A stretch of DNA of 63,577 nucleotides, counting the filler, from Dicyema japonicum (taxonomy: Eukaryota > Animalia > Dicyemida), in NCBI GenBank assembly GCA_011109175.1. It is 8 parts of 8 records of this genome, joined end to end, with 100 filler letters (N's around TTAATTAATTAA, not from the genome) between each part and the next. Parts side by side here need not be neighbours in the genome. Positions count along the whole stretch, not along the records: positions 48,521 to 53,492 come from RDEW01000002.1; positions 53,593 to 57,259 come from RDEW01000090.1; positions 57,360 to 61,126 come from RDEW01000112.1; positions 61,227 to 63,577 come from RDEW01000182.1; 4 more parts are not named here. One strand, given 5' to 3'. Shown one piece after another: positions 51,205 through 63,279 of this stretch (within the stretch, counting starts at the first letter, position 1; each line of letters opens with the position of its first letter). The position numbers were made by a program, and so were the translations under genes. The notes under the pieces are model-generated. The model did no database searches. It was given only the letters and a program-made list of their open reading frames with translations, and was not told the DNA's origin.

Positions 51205-51530
51205 GCCGCGTGGCGCCATGTGGTACTGCGTGGTTAATTTGTAGAAGTTTTATGCTTACTTGTCTGTTCCTCCTCTCTCTTCCTATTAGAGTGGCGTCAT
51301 GTGATCCACCTGTCTAGGTGACGCCCAGTGCCAGGCCGGCACGAAAAAGGATGATTTGCTCTCCCCCACTCCACTGGAAAGGTTTCCACAACTGCATGTA
51401 ATGAATGTCCTACCATTTATGCTGATTCCGGATGGACTCTGTTTCTGTAGAAGTGGAAACTGATACACTTAATTAGTTGTTTACTTTAACTTCTTTCTCG
51501 GTGTATCCGGTGTTAATAAATAATAATATT
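51205..51530 (+). repeat. Repeat family A, most complete copy (SINE-like, TAA-rich tail)
   Basis: Possible A-box TGGCGCCATGTGG, pyrimidine tract, structured core 51289-51352, tail TTAATAAATAATAAT. Confidence 0.8.
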
Positions 51531-53055
51531 AAAATTTTGTTTATTTTTAAAACCCCAAGACCACCATCCTCCAACATCTCTCGAATTCTCTTAGAATACC
51601 AATGAACCAACCACGTTCCTGAAGGTGCATTCAATATTAAAATCTTTTTAGTTTTATATTAATTAAAAAATTCTAAAATTTATTATTTTTTATAGAGCAT
51701 ATAAATAAATGAATTAAGAATTGACTTCATACAATTTAAAAATCACAAAAATTAGATCCCATTATATGGTCCCTGCCTCGTAAAGTTATTTGCCAAAGTT
51801 AGCGAGTTTGAATGCCCATGCTGTCTTCTCTGACGATGGACTTTGAAACAAACTCTTTGTTGGAGTAATAAATTTGAGTCTCCATGCATCCAGCTGCAAA
51901 ATAATCAATATCTTATCAAATAATCGAATTGACGTAGTAAAAAAATGTAAAATTAGTAGATAAAAATTTCAATAAAGAAATATGGACTGTGAATGACAAG
52001 AATTAAAAAATAATTTGTAATTTTGATAAATTAATTGAAAGTTTAAAGTTAGAAACCACAAAAATGTAACCAGCGGTCCATGTGGTTTTTCAATAAAGAA
52101 ATATGGACTGTGAATGACAAGAATTAAAAAATAATTTGTAATTTTGATAAATTAATTGAAAATTTAAAGTTAGAAACCACAAAAATGTAACCAGCGGTCC
52201 ATGTGGTTGGCCACGTGGCAAAATATGATCAAAAAGTTATCCTTGTTTTCTATTTTGAGTACTTTCATCATGACTCCTATTTTGGTTTTTTAAGCCAAAT
52301 TCGAACACAAATTGGTGCAGACCCCAGGGGTGGGGCACCCTTGGGAGTTGGATTGTTGTTAGAACTGTTTATTATACTCTCTTGTGGATTACATTTCACA
52401 TGCGTTCTGGGGGAGAACAACAAAATTGTACTTTTCGCGGAAAAGACAGCGGGTGGGGCACCCTTGGGAGTTGGATTGTTGTTAGAACTGTTTATTATAC
52501 TCTCTTGTGGATTACATTTCACATGCGTTCTGGGGGAGAACAACAAAATTGTACTTTTCGCGGAAAAGACAGCAATTATCAATTTTTTTTGTTAAGAAAT
52601 CGGTGGTTTTGATTGTCTCTAGTCCATCTCCTAGTCCAGTGTTTCAAATGAGGGGAGAATATATATTTGTCCAGGGGGCGATTTTTAAATATTTATCTTT
52701 TTAAATTATGAATTATTTATTCTTAAATTTATTCTAAATAAATAAACATTATAGCATGCAACCTTTTTAGTGGTGCCTGTTAAAAAATAAAATAAATAAA
52801 GTCAATTATGCATCTTTTAGTTTTATTTAAAATCCAATGATCCATTGCCATGTGGTATTGAGTTTTCTGACGTATAGTTACTACATTCAAACATCCACAA
52901 TCACTAGATAGTGAATTAAAAACATAAAGCAAAACAATTACGGAAGGATAAAAATAACTTCATTAGTAAATGCCTACAAATTCGCAAACCATTCAGGATT
53001 TTTTATTCATACAAAGTTGCAGAAATTTTCGTCAACGCTGTTTTTTATTTTAGAA

Positions 53056-53400
53056 GGAAAATCGAAATTTTTAATTTTGTCTCAAAACATGTTAGACTTA
53101 GTAGGATACAAAATGAGAGACCTTAACATCGGTCCCCGATTTTCAAAGGAAAAACGAAATTTTTAATTTTTTCTAAAAACATGTTCGACGTAGTATGGGA
53201 CAAAAATGAGAGACATTGACCTCGGTCCCCGATTTAATAAAAACGAAATTTTTAATTTTGTCCAAAATCATGTTCAACGTAGATGGGACAAAAATGGGAG
53301 ACATTGACCTCGGTCCCCGATTTAAAAAAACGAAATTTTTAATTTTGTCCAAAATCATGTTCGACGTAGATGGGACAAAAACCTTGACATCGTCCCCCTA
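53056..53400. repeat. Tandem repeat, ~87-92 bp unit, about 4 copies
   Basis: CGAAATTTTTAATTTT recurs at 53063, 53155, 53244 and 53331, with CGGTCCCCGATTT in each full unit. Confidence 0.9.
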
Positions 53401-53412
53401 TTTTCGGATTAA

Positions 53413-53492
53413 TTAGGGTGAATTAAAGAATGGATTAGGGTCTATCTGAGAAGAAGTTAAGGTATATTAGAGAATGGATTAGAGTGAATTAG
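53413..53492. repeat. 22-bp minisatellite starting with TTAGGG-like hexamers
   Basis: TTAGGG/TTAGGG/TTAAGG/TTAGAG at 53413, 53435, 53457 and 53479; runs into a gap. Confidence 0.7.
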
Positions 53493-53592
53493 NNNNNNNN
53501 NNNNNNNNNNNNNNNNNNNNNNNNNNNNNNNNNNNNTTAATTAATTAANNNNNNNNNNNNNNNNNNNNNNNNNNNNNNNNNNNNNNNNNNNN

Positions 53593-53890
53593 ATTTCCCT
53601 AGCTTCTACTACTCTGACGACACTAAGAGGTAAAATGATTTTTCATAAACCTCAGCTTTTATTTTTCCATTGGCTGAATGTATGATGACTAGTCATTTCT
53701 TTAGCTTCTATTACTTCGTCGACGAAAGCAGGTATGATGACTTTTCATTAACGTTAGTTTCTACCACTCAATTGACTAATGGTATAGTGACTTGTCACTT
53801 TCCTAGCTTCTACTACTCCGTCGACGACAGCAGGTTTCATTACTAATCATAGCTATAGCCTCTACTACTACATTAAAGACAGAAGGTGTA
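53593..53890. repeat. ~51-bp satellite with 102-bp dimeric higher-order period
   Basis: TAGCTTCTACTAC-like motif at about 53600, 53653, 53702, 53755, 53804 and 53856. Confidence 0.75.
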
Positions 53891-55379
53891 TTGATCGATA
53901 ATATTAATTAGTTTGATTCATTGGTTCTTTGGTGGGTAATAAAATGGTTTCTTTATTTACATCATAAAGTTAATGATTATTTTCTAGACATCAATTCTTT
54001 TTATCTTACTTTTTTTTTATTTGATATATTCAAACTTTATAGATTTATTTTATTTTATTTTCCTTTTTTATGAAAATTCTTTGAACAACTAATTTGGTTA
54101 GTTTGCTTTAATTTGACGTTAATTTTTTTTTCTATTATTTTTCAATTGTTTTTCTTATAGTTTTATGTTGAAATAACTTATTTATTGTTAGATATTTTGA
54201 AAGATATCTTCTTTCAATTTCTATGTTCTACATTTCTTATAAATTAAATTGTTTAAAATATTGAGTTATATCTAATAATAGTATTATAAATAATTTTTCT
54301 TAGTCACTAAGTTTTTTGAAATTCTAGTAATCTCGAGTCAACATGCTTATCTCTCTTTCGATGAATGAATAATCCTTTAGGCATTTTGAACAAATCAAAT
54401 CAGATTTTTCTATATACTTTCATTAGCTTTTTAAAATCATATCTTTTCCATAATCCTGATCATAATTTTCTCGAATTTTTTTTGATATAATCAAACTTTG
54501 TTATTCTATTTTATTTTTTATCACAAACGTTTAAACATTTAATGTAGTTAATTACATTTACTCAAATGTAATTTCTTTTATTTTTCTATTTTTTTATAAT
54601 AATTTTTTGTTGAAAAATTTATTTAACGTAGATATTTGGTTGGCTATCAATGTCGGAATTCTAATTTCATTATTTCTTAGTAATAATTTATTAAGATATA
54701 TTGTAGAGATCTTCTAGTAGTAAAAATGTATCAATGAAATGAAAATAAAAAAATTAAAACGTTATATCCTTCTTAAATAAAATTATTTATAGAAAGATAG
54801 TTATAATATAGAAAAAATAAATAAAACTTCTTTTTAATAAAAAATTAAAAAATAGGTTAAATATTCATATTGCGTTCACAAATGTATGAAAATTAAAAAT
54901 CTATTCGTTTAATAAAATACGAATCTCTAGGATTTTGCTAATAAAAACACTTTTTGATGTTAGCTTTAGTCTGTTTAATTTGTGCAAGTAAAAGTACATT
55001 GGACAGATAATTAATTATATAAAATAAAGACGTCATATACACTTTACAAATAAAATTGTTTAATGAAAGATAGTTTAATATAGAAAATATAAATTGCACT
55101 TTTTAATAAAAAATTAAAAATAGGTTAAATATTCATATTGCGTTCACAAATGTATGAAAACCAAAAAATTTTTATTCTAAATTTTAGACAATTAATTTGA
55201 TTACAAAGAACTCTTGGGGATTATCCTAAATTTCCTAGGTCAGAACAATGTATTCAAGTATGGTGCTTTAGAAAAAAAATTATAAAAAATTAGGACTACA
55301 TTTAAAGTGTTTAATTAAATATTTTATAGGACGATAAAATATACCATAGAAAATATAATGAAATGAAATCCGCTCAATG

Positions 55380-56774
55380 AGCCAGCTCTTTTTTATCCTG
55401 TCGTTTTTCTTCTACGCGATAATCTATCCGATCCAGTTTAGCAGCGTCAGTGACCATCTTCCAATTATGCCTGTCGTTTCGACTGCCACTGGTTCGAAGA
55501 TAAATTGTCGTACAAGACATGTGTATTTTTTATCTTTAAGGTCTCAGCCTTCTCTGAAGCTGAGCCTGGTTCAGTTGCTGTCCTTGATGGTTGGAAATAG
55601 AAAGGCTATCGACACAGGTAGCTTCCCGGCAAGGTTTTTACCACTCTCCAATTGGAAGAGATTGGTTCCGTCCGGTCTTCGGTTGGTTTGAGCAAGTCCA
55701 AGCACCTCCTATTGGACAGGATATCCGGCAGCCTCAAGTCCACAAAAATAACCTTGTTGATTGCGGCTTGTCTAGGNTGAGCCTGGTTCAGTTGCTGTCC
55801 TTGATGGTTGGAAATAGAAAGGCTATCGACACAGGTAGCTTCCCGGCAAGGTTTTTACCACTCTCCAATTGGAAGAGATTGGTTCCGTCCGGTCTTCGGT
55901 TGCCTTGAGCAAGTCCAAACACCTCCTATTAGACAGGATAACCGGCAGCCTCAAGTCCACAAAAATAACCTTGTTGATTGCGGCTTGTCTAGGACTCTTT
56001 CCAGCACTCCTCTGGCAAAAGAAAGCGTGAAGACCAATCACGTCGACCATTCTTTCACATCTACACAGATGAATTTCGTTGATTCAGAAGCCAGACAAGC
56101 AAAACGATGCTGATTAGACACAGGTTTTATTTCTTCTATGATCGTTGAGCACAAAAGCTTGTCTCATTCTCGTTGTTTATTAGCAATCTTTGGTAATCCA
56201 ACACCCAGCGCGTTAAGAAATCCTGAGCCATGCACACAACTGGTTCAGCGTCCGATCCGTAAATGTAGTGTAGGATCTGGAGTGCGAGACCACTGGAAGC
56301 ATATGTCGAAAAAAGGAAGACCGGAAAGGCGAGTTCTAGTTGCGAGCGTATTCCGACTCCTGCGTAGCGAAGAGGTAGTTTGCATTGGATCCAAACAGTT
56401 TTATCAAAGGAAATGTTGAGCGATTCTTCAACGGCAGGTCTTAGCATCTCGTCGATGGCTCTTAAAAAGTAGATGTCCGTGACGCATTGGGCTTTCCGTA
56501 AAAGAAAACGGGGCTTTGGCGTGAAATGGAATTTCCTGAGGAATAACAAAGCCATGTGAAAGTCCTGGGTTTGTAAATTTAATGTGAATTGTTGGAGTGA
56601 TTCATTTTTTTCTTCTAAGAAAACTGACACATTATTGCACAAGATAAATTGCATATTCAAGTTGGGTAACCGAGACATCGCGGAGATGAGCAGAAATAGC
56701 ATCCATTGCACGTCAAAGTCTTCCTGTCCGCAAGCAACGTTTATAATTTCACATTTATACGGGTTAGGTTCCAA
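55380..56774 (-). mobile_element. Degenerate CRE-clade LINE with a duplicated ~217-bp REL segment
   Basis: PKPRFLLR...QCKLPLRYAGVGIRS...LAFPVFL (ORF 56136-56774) and RPDGTNLFQLESGKNL..TCVDS twice. Confidence 0.75.
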
Positions 56775-56779
56775 CCCTA

Positions 56780-56960
56780 GTCACGTTATCCGCTTGTCTC
56801 AGAAGTTTTTATTACTTATGATCCGCAAAAAAGATCATTTGCTTTCTCCCACTCCACGATAAGAGTTCCACAAGTGCAAGGGCTGGAAGTTTTTTTCTGA
56901 GGTAATATTGAAAGATCTCTGTTTCTTTAACCATGGGAACGAGATAAATTTGATCCGTAG
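56780..56960 (+). repeat. Repeat family A, highly degenerate copy
   Basis: TTGTCTCAG...AAAAAAGATCATTTGCTTTCTCCCACTCCAC...GTTCCACAAGTGCA. Confidence 0.55.
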
Positions 56961-57419
56961 TTGAGGATTAACTGCTTTCTAGAAGTTCTATTTGTAAGTC
57001 TCACTTTATGTTAAAAATTATAATTCAAAAATAGTTTTCGTAAAACCAACTGTATTCTTTTCATTTTGTAAAAAAAAGCTACTTTATTTTTTGTAAGATA
57101 TATGATCTTTCATGTAGTTTACTTCAATTTTTGAAGAAACGGTAAAATAGTGAATTTTAATAGTTGATAATTAACTTGCATTGAACGGAATTATTAGTAG
57201 TCATCTAACATTAAGTCAGGATTGTTTTATACTGTCTCAAGAATTTAAAATTAAAAAAANNNNNNNNNNNNNNNNNNNNNNNNNNNNNNNNNNNNNNNNN
57301 NNNTTAATTAATTAANNNNNNNNNNNNNNNNNNNNNNNNNNNNNNNNNNNNNNNNNNNNTCTAGCGCATAGTAACGCACAGCGCATGTGACATATTAATG
57401 AATCGTTTATGACGATATA

Positions 57420-57700
57420 AAATTTTTCCCCAGTAGGGGGTTTATTTCGTTAAAAATCATCGTATTTTATAGGGATTGCCAAAATATTTCCCCAAAAGCA
57501 AGGTTTTCCCCAAAAAAGAGGGTTTCCCGGCTACTTGGTTTTCCCCAATTCGAGGTCGCACTGTATTTTATATATATTTTTAAGCCAAGTGTCCATTTAA
57601 CAGCTTGTCCATTTATCGCAGTGGTTCTCAACGTGGGCGATATCGCCCAAATAAGGCAATGAATTTTATGAAATGGGGCGATTAATTTTTAATCTAGGGC
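57420..57700. mobile_element. Adjacent DNA-transposon ends (pogo-type and hAT-type)
   Basis: CGAGGTCGCACTG|TA at about 57551-57565 and CAGTGGTTCTCAAC at 57619. Confidence 0.5.
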
Positions 57701-58549
57701 GTTCGATTTTGAATGGAAATTTTTAATATATTCTATTATTTTTAAACGTCAAACCTATTTGTATACACGTGACAAAAACTTTAGACGTTATACATGAGTT
57801 TTAACCGTAGAATTTTGTGATAATTCAGATGAAACTTATTTACGGTTATTATATCATGCATAAGTATTATTATTAGCGAATTTCAATCATTTAGGTGCGT
57901 TGGTTTCGAAAGGTAATTCTCTTAAAATATTTGTTAATCTCTATAAAACTATTACTAATTTTTTGCCGTTGCATGGTGATGAAGAATTGTCCATGAAAAT
58001 TGTTATGAGTAAAAAATATTTTCTATTTAAATTAGATTTTTACAAAACTCAACGATATACTGTCTGTTCAAAAAAAACGTGACCACTTGAAAATGTATGT
58101 TTTTTTAATTTTTGTGACTTATTTTGGAAAATTTTTAAAGAATACTAAATTTAAAATCTTTTTATATACACAATTCAATTTTTATTTTTGTCACGGGCGG
58201 CTAAATTTCAAAGTAACAAACATATTCCAAAAAATCTTTGTTCAAAAAAAAACGTGGACCACTAGTTTTTTAATACTTAATGTGTTTTACTTTGCCTCAT
58301 AGACTTCCAGAACTCTTTTGTGGGAAGCTCAAAACATATTTCTTTTATTAGTTCGGGAGGAGATTATTCCAAATTTTTATAATTCCGTTCTGTTAACGTC
58401 TGTATCTTTATTATTGCCAAGGAAAATATATTATATTTATCGATACCCAAAAAAATAATTTAAAGACATTTATACAGAAATTGATTTAAATATATATTAT
58501 TTCGAAAATAAATGTTTAGAAAATATAACAGAGTTGACGGATATTCGAA

Positions 58550-59390
58550 ATGAATTTAACTTCCCCAAGAAAAATAGAAAAGTTCCGCCCTAATTACAGC
58601 CACGAAGTAAAATCCCTCATAAAGACTCGCAACAAACTGAAACAGATATCAAGGCACTCTGCCGAGTCCTCCATTGAATTGGCTAACCTAAACAATCAAA
58701 TCACCGCCGCCATTAACCTGCAGCAGATTCAAAGTGGACCGAATTTATCTCCTCAATCTAACAGCTTCAAAATTCTGGAAGACCCTGAGGGACATGAATG
58801 ATTTGATCTATGAAAAGCCCAAATCGCATGAATCTGCCACTTCTAACTCAAACACCCCTCTGAATCCGATTCAGGAGGCAAACACGCTTATGAAATACTA
58901 CGCCTCATTAAGCCACAAAAATCGAACAAAAACGATCGGAAGGTTGTCAAATCTCGGAGGAGACTATCTCTCACGGAATCTATACCGCCTTCTTTTGCAG
59001 ACGAAGTTTCGCAATGTATTAAAACTCGAAGAATTCCCCCGCCACGGGGCCTGACAACATTTCTATCCACCATCTTAAAAGACTTGGCCCTAACGCTATC
59101 AACGCTATAGTGTCTATTTTCAACAATTCCGTTGTAAAAAACGAAATTCCAGCACTTTGGAAGAAATCACGTATCATCCCGTTGATCAAACCAACAAACC
59201 GGCTGGCTTTCCAAGCTCTACCGCCCAATCTCTCTTTTGTGCACGCTATCTAAAACCTCGAAAGACTAATCCTTTCGCGAATCTCGAATCACCTACCAAC
59301 ATCCCACACCCAACATGGCTTCAAACCACTGCTCTCAACAACTACTCACTTAACAACGCTTTCGCAATTCGTCCTGGACGGCTTTAATGA
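58550..59390 (+). mobile_element. Ingi/Jockey-like LINE RT N-terminal fragment
   Basis: ATGPDNISIHHLKRLG...IPALWKKSRIIPLIKP...PISLLCTLSK..ERLI...QHGF. Confidence 0.85.
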
Positions 59391-59539
59391 GAAGAGACCG
59401 CCAAAAACGAACAGTCCCAGCTGTTTGTCGAAGATAAAAGCGGTCACTATGAAGCACAAGCGTAGAAAAGCAAAGAAACGATTACGTTGCGAATTGTCTT
59501 TAAAGAAAAAAATTCAAATATAATAAATGAATCAAATCA

Positions 59540-59800
59540 AACCCTTGGCTGAGTGGTCGATATTCTGTTATCTATCCTGGTCCAGAGTTCGAATCCCAGC
59601 GGCTGCCTGTCCCAGAAGCTCCAACTGGATTTGACGAGTAACGCCGTCGTAGACATTCTTATCATATACGGACTCCGCACAGAGATGGTCTTAGGACCCC
59701 GGATCTACGGATTGGATGTCGAGCCTCCTAGCGTTTATTCAGTCGCAGTACAATAAAAAGAAAAACTTAAGACAAAAGAGAACTAATGGACGCCTTAATC
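59540..59800 (+). mobile_element. tRNA-derived SINE, family B related
   Basis: A-box TGGCTGAGTGG, B-box GTTCGAATCC, TGACGA-N9-TCGT hairpin, A-rich end; no complete cloverleaf. Confidence 0.68.
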
Positions 59801-59959
59801 TGGGATTAATTAGAATAATTAACTCTCTTGTTCTCTCTCTTGCTCTTAAAAAAATTGTGTGGCTAGCACAAGGAGAGCTTAGGCACCTCTGTCTTTGCGG
59901 TAGTGCTGCTTTTTAAACCAAACACTTAAGCTGACACAAAAGTTTTTCAGCTTTAAAAA

Positions 59960-60610
59960 ATGGGATATTGGCTGTATCTATCAGAAAATATTATCTTTCA
60001 AAAGATAATGTGTAACCCACCCCTGCCGGTGTGGATCAATGATGGACACATACGGGCTCCATGCTCTGTCCTGCAAGAAAGCGCAGGTCGTATTCCTCGC
60101 CATTCGGCTCTTAACAAAATCATTCTCGAGGCCCTCGGAAAAGGCAGGGTATCCTTCTGTCCTTGAGCCAATTGGTCTCGACCGTGGTGATGGAAAAAGG
60201 CCTGATGGCTCTACGTTGTTCCCTTTCGACACTGGTAAACCATTAGTTTGGGATGCCACGTGTGTTGATACCTTTTCCAAGTCGGCCATCAACGAATCCG
60301 CCTCCTTGCCCGGGTCTCGTGCTAATAGGGCTGAATTTTCTAAATTCAAGAAATATCAGCGCCTGTTAGACGGCTTTTGGTTTTGGCCAATTGTTGTTGA
60401 GACTTCGTGTGTCTTTGGCACAAGACAGTGAGCTATCTGAAGAGACTTGGCCACCTCTGTTCATTACGCTCAAAGGATCCTAGGGAATTTACTTTCCTAA
60501 TGCAAAGGATTCCAGTTGGCCGTTGTGCGTGGTAACAGCTGTTCCATCCGGCTTGCTGGCCGATTAAATTAACTAGTTAATCAGTTTCCATTTTACATTT
60601 AAAAAAAAGA
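59960..60610 (+). mobile_element. CRE-clade LINE 3' fragment
   Basis: YGLHALSCK, RHSALN, LEPIGLDRGDGKRPDG, LVWDATCVDT, VVETS, VVRGNS. Confidence 0.9.
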
Positions 60611-61227
60611 TAATGTTGCGAAAAGATTTGCATTGTCAAAAATTATCAATAATTTTTTCTAATGAAGCTTCGTTTAAAAATATTTCCCTCGAATAATAGG
60701 AATATTACTGAACAAAAAAGATTCTCATCGAGAATAAAACCGCAAAATGCTGACGAGAAAATACCGAGGAGGCAGCATAATCGATTAAGGCTGTATCTTC
60801 TATTGTGGAATTGGTAATTTGATCGCGTTAGCGGAAAACTGAATTTTTCTCACATCAAGAAATTTAAATTTTAAAATTTTCCTTCAAAATTTGAAATATT
60901 TAGTTTGTGAATAGAAAAAATAACTTAAACTGAACTAAAGTTTCGATTTTCATTAAAAAATTAAGTGTTTAGTCATAAGAAATGTTGAATATGAAAAACT
61001 GGTTTTTCCTTTAAAAAGTGCATTCTAATAAATTCGTCTTCAGACGTCAGCACTCAATGAGGTCAGTTAGATCGTGAAAGGACATGTAAAGCGAATTCAA
61101 AGAATATTAGAGACAGGGATCACCTANNNNNNNNNNNNNNNNNNNNNNNNNNNNNNNNNNNNNNNNNNNNTTAATTAATTAANNNNNNNNNNNNNNNNNN
61201 NNNNNNNNNNNNNNNNNNNNNNNNNNC

Positions 61228-62175
61228 GGGATCCTGGGATGAATGGATGTATTTGTACCTGAATGCTCCGGCCAATTGTGATAAGCAAAAGTCCTATTTG
61301 TTTTGTGTCTTCGAAAAGAAGAAAGAGTTTTTTGAAAAGACGGAAGATGTAAGAAGGCTTGCCTGCCTCAAAACAGCCAGTTGTCACTCGACGGGGGCCT
61401 GGATGAACGCTTATCCATCTGCCGAAATTGGAAACCTGTTGGATGATGAGGCTGTGAGAATAGCTACCTCTCTTCGTCTTAAATTGTGTGCCGAAAGAAA
61501 ATGCCGCTGTGGACGTTGGATCGATCCTTTTGGTTATCATCCCTTGTCATGCAAGATGAGTGCGGGTCGTTTCCCCAGGCACTCCTGTCTTAACATGATA
61601 TTAAAGAATTCCCTTGCCTCTGCTGGACACCATTGCCTGTTAGAACCTGCTGGTCTTTCCCTCTACAATGGAAAACGCCCTGATGGGATGACGACTTTTC
61701 CATTCGCCAACGGACGAAACCTGATCTGGGACGCGACGTGTGTTGAAAATTATTCCCCGTCTAATTTGGTTGCTTCTGCTTCAGACCCAGGACATGCTTC
61801 AAAGCAGGCCGAGGAACGAAAGAGGAGGAAGTACCAGAGAATTTCGGAGGAGTATCTTTTTGTTCCATTCGCGGTGGAGACGTCAGGAATCTTTGGCCCC
61901 CAAGCAGATGAGTTGGTTCGTAAGATCGGCTCCATGATTCAAGCTGTGACCAAGGATCCGCGAGAGACTGGTTGGTTCCGAGAACGTATCTCGTTGGCTA
62001 TTGTTAGGGGAAATAGCATGGCCATTCAGATGCCTTAATTTAATTTTTACATTTATCCGCGAGAGACTGGTTGGTTCCGAGAACGTATCTCGTTGGCTAT
62101 TGTTAGGGGAAATAGCATGGCCATTCAGATGCCTTAATTTAATTTTTACATTTAAAAGTGTTCTAATTAAAAAAA
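61228..62175 (+). mobile_element. CRE-clade LINE 3' portion (263-aa ORF, CCHC plus REL nuclease)
   Basis: GAWMNAYP, CRCG...GYHPLSCK, RHSCLN, GKRPDG, IWDATCV, FVPFAVETSG, RERISLAIVRGNS; the last ~88 bp are duplicated. Confidence 0.93.
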
Positions 62176-62969
62176 ATAAATAATATAATCAAAAAAAGAG
62201 AACAAAATTTAAGAACACTCTAGGTCATGAATTAATTAATATAACTGTTCTCAACTTCTTAAAACGCGAGTTCTGCCTAAGCTAAAGTTTAAATAATAGA
62301 AACATTACTACTCTTTGGCGAAAAGGCTAAAATATTAGAAGTACTAAGAAAAGTTTATATAAATGAATGCGGAAAAAATTGCTGTCACTTAAGTCGCGAT
62401 TAGTTGTGGGTTTATACCCGCCCTTTTTCTTGATAAAAAAATCAATTCTGCTCTGTTCTTCATCAAATCCTGATAGACGTCAGCTGATTCATCTGACTCA
62501 GGAGACGCAAAATGCCTAGCCGGCATCCGTATAAGATCTCTTTCTCACTCCACAGGAGGGGTTCTAACAATTGTCGATGCGATGGACAGGATTTGTTTAA
62601 ACTCGACCATGAGAACTGAATATACCTTAATTAGACGTTAAATAACTTATTATCTTTCAGATATATCTCGGGTTATTAAGTAAATAAACAAATACGGCAT
62701 ATTTTGTCACATCCTCGGATATATACTTCCCTCAATTAAAAAGACTCATTTTGGTAATTAGACAGCTTTATTTGAAACTTAACTTTCATTGACTAATAAT
62801 TGAAAATTCTGGCTTTATTGCATTCTTCGAAATACTTGACCGTTTGGATTGCTATTGAATTTTCATGAACTTATTTACGTTGGTTATGAAATTTATTAAA
62901 TTTTAAATGTTACTAATTAGGAATGAAGGCAAAATAATTTTAATATCTACGTCAGCAATCTGTGGACTA

Positions 62970-63110
62970 CAAACGGACGATCTAGTCCGTCAGATCGGCT
63001 AATGTACCAAAGAATCACCAAAAATCTACGTGAGACTGGACCGCTCCGATAGCGTATCTCGATAACTATTGTCAGAGGAAACAGTCTTGCAATTTAAGCT
63101 CGCAACATTA
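62970..63110 (+). mobile_element. CRE-clade LINE decayed 3' end
   Basis: GACGATCTAGTCCGTCAGATCGGC...CGTGAGACTGG...CGTATCTCG...GTCAGAGGAAACAG parallels 61910-62020. Confidence 0.7.
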
Positions 63111-63279
63111 TTTAAATATTTTTGATAAAATAATAAAAAACTTGTGTAGCATTATTTAGAAGTACAATAAAAAATTAAGATATAAATTAAATTAATTCCC
63201 GTTTTTCTAACATCCAAAAAACGATAATCATTATTTTTTGAATTTTTTATCTATGAATATTTTTTGATGTGAGCAGTAA

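Noticed and set aside
51960-52575. Near-exact adjacent duplications of ~120 bp (two here; also 45905-46400, 55560-55990, 61960-62150, 54740-55170)
   Set aside because: Near-perfect two-copy repeats, some split by a single n, are typical of gap-filling or haplotype stitching; the small ORFs they create (52203-52704, 55591-56113) are not credible genes
53056-53400. CRISPR-like periodic array
   Set aside because: Whole units are repeated with no unique spacers, the context is eukaryotic and there are no cas genes
53413-53492. Telomeric TTAGGG array
   Set aside because: Only two exact hexamers, at 22-nt spacing, not a contiguous (TTAGGG)n tract
59540-59607. Functional tRNA gene
   Set aside because: A and B boxes are present but acceptor and anticodon stems do not pair; treated as a SINE head
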